Part shown: positions 58,916 to 64,000 of the stretch, piece after piece | How positions within the stretch are numbered: the first letter of the stretch is position 1 | How the letters are laid out: the number at the start of each line of letters is the position of its first letter | NCBI GenBank assembly: GCA_963662465.1 | Contig: OY759599.1 | Location: forward strand, 4,704,001-4,768,000 | From: Desulfatiglandales bacterium | GTDB lineage: Bacteria; Desulfobacterota; DSM-4660; Desulfatiglandales; Desulfatiglandaceae | Length of the DNA stretch: 64,000 nt | Reading direction: 5' to 3' | The notes under the pieces: model-generated | Told to the model about the DNA's origin: nothing | Seen by the model: the letters and a program-made list of their open reading frames with translations, nothing else | Databases searched by the model: none | Program-made: the position numbers and the translations under genes

Positions 58916-59637
58916 TTGATCGGTCCTTTGTCTTTTTTGACAGCGGTGATGTGGTATCCGAAGCAGAGCGTATTCACCTCTTTTTGGCTGGGATGCCGTT
59001 GTCTTAAATAATGATAAAGGAAAGCCGGAAACAACGCCATGAGCGCAAGAATTCCTTCGGAGCGAATAGATCGCGTTTCCTCGACCATGAGCCAGGCGTG
59101 ATAACTGCCAACGGGCGTGATCACGACATCCTGAAAACCATGTTCCTTCAAAAGGAACGACAGGTATCGATCACTGAACCCGGCAAAATAGAAGTAGGGG
59201 TCCATGTGACGAAGGGCGTTTGCCGGCACTGTGAGGATTAACGTCCCGTCTGGTTTCAGCAACCTTGAAAATTCCTTTACCGCTCGATTGGGGTAGGGGA
59301 TATGTTCAAGTACCTCCGTGCATAAAATTGTATCAAAGAAGGCATCTTTTTCATCGATCGCCCAAATATTACCCGTGTAGTCGAGCCTTCCGTATACATA
59401 AGGATCCTTTCCCGCTGTCAGGGAATCTTTTTCATCTTTTTCGTACCGTCCAAAGTCCTGTGCATAATAATTGAGGTGCTCGCAAACGTTGCGATACGGC
59501 TGCCTGCCGCATCCGGCATCCAGAATTGTGGTGTTTGCCGGAAGAAGACTTAACTGTTCTTCGATCCAGTCGTTGCGCTGGTATTTATTGTCCAAAAGCC
59601 TTCTTAAGGTCATTATGGGTCTTCTCAAGGGGGACAT
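58912..59637 (-). CDS. Class I SAM-dependent methyltransferase
   Basis: ILDAGCG, FDTILCTEVLEHI, LKPDG. Confidence 0.9.
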   Translation of the reverse strand: MSPLRRPIMTLRRLLDNKYQRNDWIEEQLSLLPANTTILDAGCGRQPYRNVCEHLNYYAQDFGRYEKDEKDSLTAGKDPYVYGRLDYTGNIWAIDEKDAFFDTILCTEVLEHIPYPNRAVKEFSRLLKPDGTLILTVPANALRHMDPYFYFAGFSDRYLSFLLKEHGFQDVVITPVGSYHAWLMVEETRSIRSEGILALMALFPAFLYHYLRQRHPSQKEVNTLCFGYHITAVKKDKGPIK

Positions 59638-61046
59638 CAGGAATTGCCACCTCTGGATTCATTATTCCGGCCCTGCCGGCGACACAATAGCTTTGCGCCA
59701 CGGGTTAATCGAATGCCGATCCCCATAAACCATGCGGCGTAAACAAATCCGGAAATTCCCAAGCCCCATACCACACCTTCAGGTCCGTAATGCTTTGACA
59801 AAAAAAAGGTAGAGACGGCGGCAACAAAAGCGGAAACAATTATGGGAAAAATATATTGTTTTGAACGTTTTGCCAGGAGACCAAAACCTGAAAAAACCTG
59901 ACCCAAGTAAAAAAACGCCCAGGCCGAAGCCAGGCCGGGCAATAGGGCCGAAAATGTCACATATTTGAGATTACTCGTGAGAAGGACAATTCTATAGTGA
60001 AAAAAAGCAAAACAAAAAATAATCCCGATTGCCCAGATAATATAAAGGCCGGTCATCAAATAAAGGATACCATTGGCCGATTGAACCGAGCCCGGGCAGT
60101 CCAAATTGCCCGCCCGTTGGTATGCGATTGGGACAAAGAGGTTGCTCAATAAATTGGCGCCAAAAATAAGGGGATATGCCGCCAAAACGGAAACGACCGA
60201 AAAGGCGCCCACCACATCGGCGCCATGGAAAGCTTGTAGGGACCATCTGTCGCAGGATTGATGAACCCAACCGACGATCCCCCAGATGCAAAACGGCCAT
60301 GAAAAGGCGAGAATCTCCTTTCCAAGCCCAGCTTCTGCATCGGTACCCGGCTTTTTTTTCCGCCCAACCGAAGGGTCAAAAGATACAGGACGAAAGGTCT
60401 TTTTGTAAAGATGTTCCACCATCAAAGCCGCCAGGAAGGCGGTGATGACATACCCCAAGATGACGCAATCCGCATTGTTAAACAGGGCAATTACGAAAAA
60501 CAGGGCCATAACCGGTTTCAAAAGCGCATTGCCCGTATTAACAAGGGCCACAATTTTGCGATTTCGCGCCGCCAGAAACAGCGAAAGCCTGAGGCCAAAA
60601 TACCCCGTGATGCCTCCTGCGATTAACGAAAGGGTCATGAGCACAATCCATCGAGGCCATCCCGTGGCAGCACAAATGAAAACCAGTATGAGGCTTACGC
60701 TTAGCGTAAATAAGACCAAACGTCCGGCAAAGCGATCTGTTAGGAGCAAAAACTCATCCTTCTGGTTCCGATCTTGACATATGGACCAGAAGCGCATGAA
60801 TCCTTGGCCTATGGGACCGAAAATATTGGCGCCCACAAGGAGCACAACCGTGTTTGCCAGGGCCATTCTTCCGAATTCGGCCGGATCGAGGACATGCGTC
60901 AGGATTTTCACGCCGAGAACGACTCCCAGGGCCGTGCCCAATTGTCCTATAAATACCCACAGGGCCTCGGATTTCAAGTTGGATATGCGCCGCACCCATG
61001 ATGTGATTTCAAAAGCCATATGCGATTTATTCAGTCGGACAGACAC
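59637..61046 (-). CDS. Wzx-like polysaccharide flippase
   Basis: About 12 TM helices, LTHVLDPAEFG, DRW.L...VG.FS. Confidence 0.8.
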   Translation of the reverse strand: MSVRLNKSHMAFEITSWVRRISNLKSEALWVFIGQLGTALGVVLGVKILTHVLDPAEFGRMALANTVVLLVGANIFGPIGQGFMRFWSICQDRNQKDEFLLLTDRFAGRLVLFTLSVSLILVFICAATGWPRWIVLMTLSLIAGGITGYFGLRLSLFLAARNRKIVALVNTGNALLKPVMALFFVIALFNNADCVILGYVITAFLAALMVEHLYKKTFRPVSFDPSVGRKKKPGTDAEAGLGKEILAFSWPFCIWGIVGWVHQSCDRWSLQAFHGADVVGAFSVVSVLAAYPLIFGANLLSNLFVPIAYQRAGNLDCPGSVQSANGILYLMTGLYIIWAIGIIFCFAFFHYRIVLLTSNLKYVTFSALLPGLASAWAFFYLGQVFSGFGLLAKRSKQYIFPIIVSAFVAAVSTFFLSKHYGPEGVVWGLGISGFVYAAWFMGIGIRLTRGAKLLCRRQGRNNESRGGNS

Positions 61047-63229
61047 ACAGGTCGGCCCCCACCCGGCACGTCATCTTTTCCGGAAGGGTGTTGCATTATT
61101 TTCATGTAAAGGGTTTCCATATCCTGGAGCAGCCGCTTCTCCGAAAAGGTTTTGTTTACAAAATCCCTGGCGTTTCCGACCATTGCGTCCTTTTGGCATT
61201 TATCCATCTCCACCAGGTATTTCAAACCCCTTGCAAAACCTTCCGCATCGTTCTTGCGACAAAGGATGCCCCTTTCACAGACAGCAAATCCTGCTGGGTC
61301 GGAGGCTTCGTTTCCAGGCCCCAGAAGATCCTGAACGCCCCCCGCATCCGTGGAAATCACCGGCGTACCGGCAGCCATGGCCTCAATAATGGATACGGGC
61401 GTTCCCTCATTTTCAGAGGTCAGCGCCAGGACATCCAGATCAGCGTAGACATCCGGCAAATCCCGCCGCCAGCCGCAAAAATAAACGTGTTGCGTCAACC
61501 CTTTCCTTTCGGCATGGGATTTCAATGCATCCCGAAGTTCTCCATCCCCTACCAGAACAAACTTCACGTCAATATCGGGGTATTCGTCAAGGAACATCCT
61601 GGCCATGTTCAGAAAAAGGACATGGTGTTTAATGGGAACCAGGCGACCGACAATCCCTACCAGAAGGACATTACGGCAAAACCCCAATGACTTTTTAAAC
61701 CGCCCTTTTTCCGAGGAATTCTTCAGAAAAGGGCTCAAATCAAAACCGAGGGGAATAACCTCGATTTTAGCTGCCGGCGCAATGCGAAATTTTTGACTGA
61801 GGTCTTCTTTCTGGCTTCGGCTGATGGCCACAATCACATCGGTTGACCCGGCCAAAAAACGCTCGATCCAGATAAACATCAACGATTTGGTTGGAGAGAA
61901 ATAACCTGCAAACACATGGCCGTGAAATGTATGCACCGTATGGGTGCAGGCATGGGTAAATCGATTATACACCATGACGGCCAATCTGGCGATGGTTCCC
62001 GCCTTGGCCGTATGGGTATGCACAATATCAGGGGTTTCGCGGCCCAGGAGTCTTAAAATTTGCAGGAATGCCATGATGTCCATCAGGGGACTAATTTCGC
62101 GCTGCAGTTCTTCAATAATGATCGGTTTTTCCCCCGAAGATTGAAAGAGGTAGCCCATATCTCCTTCCCGGGGAGAAATCTTTCCCGTAACCAGGGTTGA
62201 ATGGAACTTTTTTTTGTCAAGTCCGGTGGTCAATAAATGCACATGGATGGAAGGTCCTCCGATGTTAAGTCGCGCAATGAACCGTAACACTCTGATGCTG
62301 AGATCATTTGCCTTCCGAACTTTCAATACGCTTTTCCGTGGCGCGTGTTTTTTGGGTCGTCGAAAGTACTTGCGACCCAATTGAGAGATAAAAACAAAGA
62401 AAAAACGATAAATGATTCCCCAAAAAACAAACGGCTTCAGGAGTACGTAAGGCGCATTGGCATGCTTCTCGAAGAGACGATAGATGCTTCTGTGAAATTC
62501 AAAAACAGACCGGAATATGTTTGTTTCGCTGCTAACGCCCACATAGTGCATTACGGAAGAACTCGGAAAATAGACCACCTTCCATCCTTTTTGCCACATC
62601 CGTCGGCACCAGTCGGCATCCTCCCAGTACATGAAGAACTTATCATCCAGAGGACCCACATGGTTAACGGCCTCTCTTCGCACCAACATGCATGCGCCTG
62701 AAACCCAGTCCACTTCCATCGGGGTCATGCCGTCGCTTCGGGCCGTCAGGATATTTTCCCGTGTAATCGCATTGTTTGGGAATATTTTAGAAAGAATGGA
62801 TTTTCGCCCGAAAAGTGCCGTGAGGAGATTTGGAAAGGCCCTTGCGGACCCCTGAATGGCGCCGTCCGCGTCAAAAATCATGGGACCCAGGATGCCCACA
62901 TCCGGATGATCTTCCATGTGTCCCATGGCATCTGAAAGAAGACCGGGCTGAACAAGGGTATCGGGATTCAGAATCAAAATATAAGGGGCCGATCCCTGCT
63001 TCAAGGCGTTGTTGACGGCCTTTGCAAATCCCAGGTTTCGGCGGTTTTTGATGAGCCGCACTTCCGGAAAATCCCTTGTTATGCAACTCACCTCCTCGTT
63101 TTTGGAAGCATTGTCCTGAACGTGAATCAAAAAGGGAACACCGGGCGAACAATCATACAGGGACCTGATGCAACATAACAGTTCTTCGGTACTGTTATAA
63201 TTGACAATAATAATATCTAAGGCGTTCAT
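61031..63229 (-). CDS. GT2-GT4 fusion glycosyltransferase
   Basis: IIIVNYN...LNPD...YWEDADW followed by RLNIGGP...HTHTAKAG...[14 protein letters not shown]. Confidence 0.9.
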   Translation of the reverse strand: MNALDIIIVNYNSTEELLCCIRSLYDCSPGVPFLIHVQDNASKNEEVSCITRDFPEVRLIKNRRNLGFAKAVNNALKQGSAPYILILNPDTLVQPGLLSDAMGHMEDHPDVGILGPMIFDADGAIQGSARAFPNLLTALFGRKSILSKIFPNNAITRENILTARSDGMTPMEVDWVSGACMLVRREAVNHVGPLDDKFFMYWEDADWCRRMWQKGWKVVYFPSSSVMHYVGVSSETNIFRSVFEFHRSIYRLFEKHANAPYVLLKPFVFWGIIYRFFFVFISQLGRKYFRRPKKHAPRKSVLKVRKANDLSIRVLRFIARLNIGGPSIHVHLLTTGLDKKKFHSTLVTGKISPREGDMGYLFQSSGEKPIIIEELQREISPLMDIMAFLQILRLLGRETPDIVHTHTAKAGTIARLAVMVYNRFTHACTHTVHTFHGHVFAGYFSPTKSLMFIWIERFLAGSTDVIVAISRSQKEDLSQKFRIAPAAKIEVIPLGFDLSPFLKNSSEKGRFKKSLGFCRNVLLVGIVGRLVPIKHHVLFLNMARMFLDEYPDIDVKFVLVGDGELRDALKSHAERKGLTQHVYFCGWRRDLPDVYADLDVLALTSENEGTPVSIIEAMAAGTPVISTDAGGVQDLLGPGNEASDPAGFAVCERGILCRKNDAEGFARGLKYLVEMDKCQKDAMVGNARDFVNKTFSEKRLLQDMETLYMKIMQHPSGKDDVPGGGRPVCLSD

Positions 63230-64000
63230 TGGAGAGACTGTTGGCGAGATACATACCAATCATAGGTGTTTTTGATCCCTTCCTCCAGCGGCATTTTCGC
63301 TTGCCAGCCCAGAGCCGTCAGTTTAGAGATATCCAATCGCTTGAGGGGGGTTCCATCCGGTTTAGTCGGATTAAACCGGAGTTCCCCCTTGAATTGTACG
63401 ACCTTGGCGACCATCTCGGCCAAGTCCCGAACAGCCAAATCCTTGCCGACCCCCACATTAACGATTTGAGTTTCCTCATAATGGTTCATCAAAAAGAGAC
63501 ATGCATCAGCCAAATCGTCCACGTACAAGAACTCGCGTCTGGGGTTTCCCGTTCCCCATATTTCCACGAAGGCATTGCCGGCACTTTTTGCTTCATGAAA
63601 CTTTCGGATCAACGCCGGGAGAACATGCGATGTTTTCAGATCAAAATTGTCGTCCGGACCATAAAGGTTGGTGGGCATCAGGCTGATGAAATGGGCGCCA
63701 TATTGCCGATTATAGGACTGGCACAGCTTGATGCCGGCAATCTTTGCGACAGCATAGGCCTCGTTGGACGGTTCCAGATACCCGGAAAGTAAATGTTCCT
63801 CTCTCATGGGTTGAGGGCAGAGCTTGGGATAAATACAGGAACTGCCCAAAAAGAGTAATTTTTTTGCATCGTAGAGATGGGCGGCATGGATAATATTGGT
63901 TTCCATGACCAGATTTCCATATATAAAATCCGCCGGAAAAGAGGCATTAGCCAAGATTCCCCCGACCTTTGCCGCAGCCAGAAAAATATAATCGGGCCGC
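63226..64000 (-). CDS. fcl: GDP-L-fucose synthase (5' end outside the window)
   Basis: [46 protein letters not shown]. Confidence 0.95.
   Translation of the reverse strand, partial: RPDYIFLAAAKVGGILANASFPADFIYGNLVMETNIIHAAHLYDAKKLLFLGSSCIYPKLCPQPMREEHLLSGYLEPSNEAYAVAKIAGIKLCQSYNRQYGAHFISLMPTNLYGPDDNFDLKTSHVLPALIRKFHEAKSAGNAFVEIWGTGNPRREFLYVDDLADACLFLMNHYEETQIVNVGVGKDLAVRDLAEMVAKVVQFKGELRFNPTKPDGTPLKRLDISKLTALGWQAKMPLEEGIKNTYDWYVSRQQSLQ

Overview
Bacterial chromosomal window, most likely from an anaerobic, aromatic-degrading Desulfobacterota member (inferred from had/oah/dch benzoyl-CoA pathway genes, Na+-pumping decarboxylase subunits and pilC/pilS). From left to right it holds: PAS/REC/NarL signalling genes interrupted by an AT-rich ABC-ATPase + truncated DUF4276 pair; gene relics (collapsed gcvH/gcvPB, DUF4338-IS66, a nucleotidyltransferase fragment); a housekeeping block (dprA, topA, KptA-like, pncB, radA, YfdX-like, nth); a decayed accessory island at about 18.3-22.7 kb (RAYT relic, integron-integrase C-terminus, attI-like site, two attC sites, XRE-HipA and PIN/antitoxin modules); an AmmeMemoRadiSam cluster with export signals and a membrane spermidine-synthase-like gene; pgsA plus a tandem dynamin-like GTPase pair; ubiE, an acyl-CoA ligase, an Rne/Rng nuclease, pilS/pilC; the benzoyl-CoA ring-cleavage and decarboxylase cluster; and the end of a surface-polysaccharide locus. 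No rRNA, tRNA or CRISPR array was seen. All family calls come from motif recognition by eye, not database searches.
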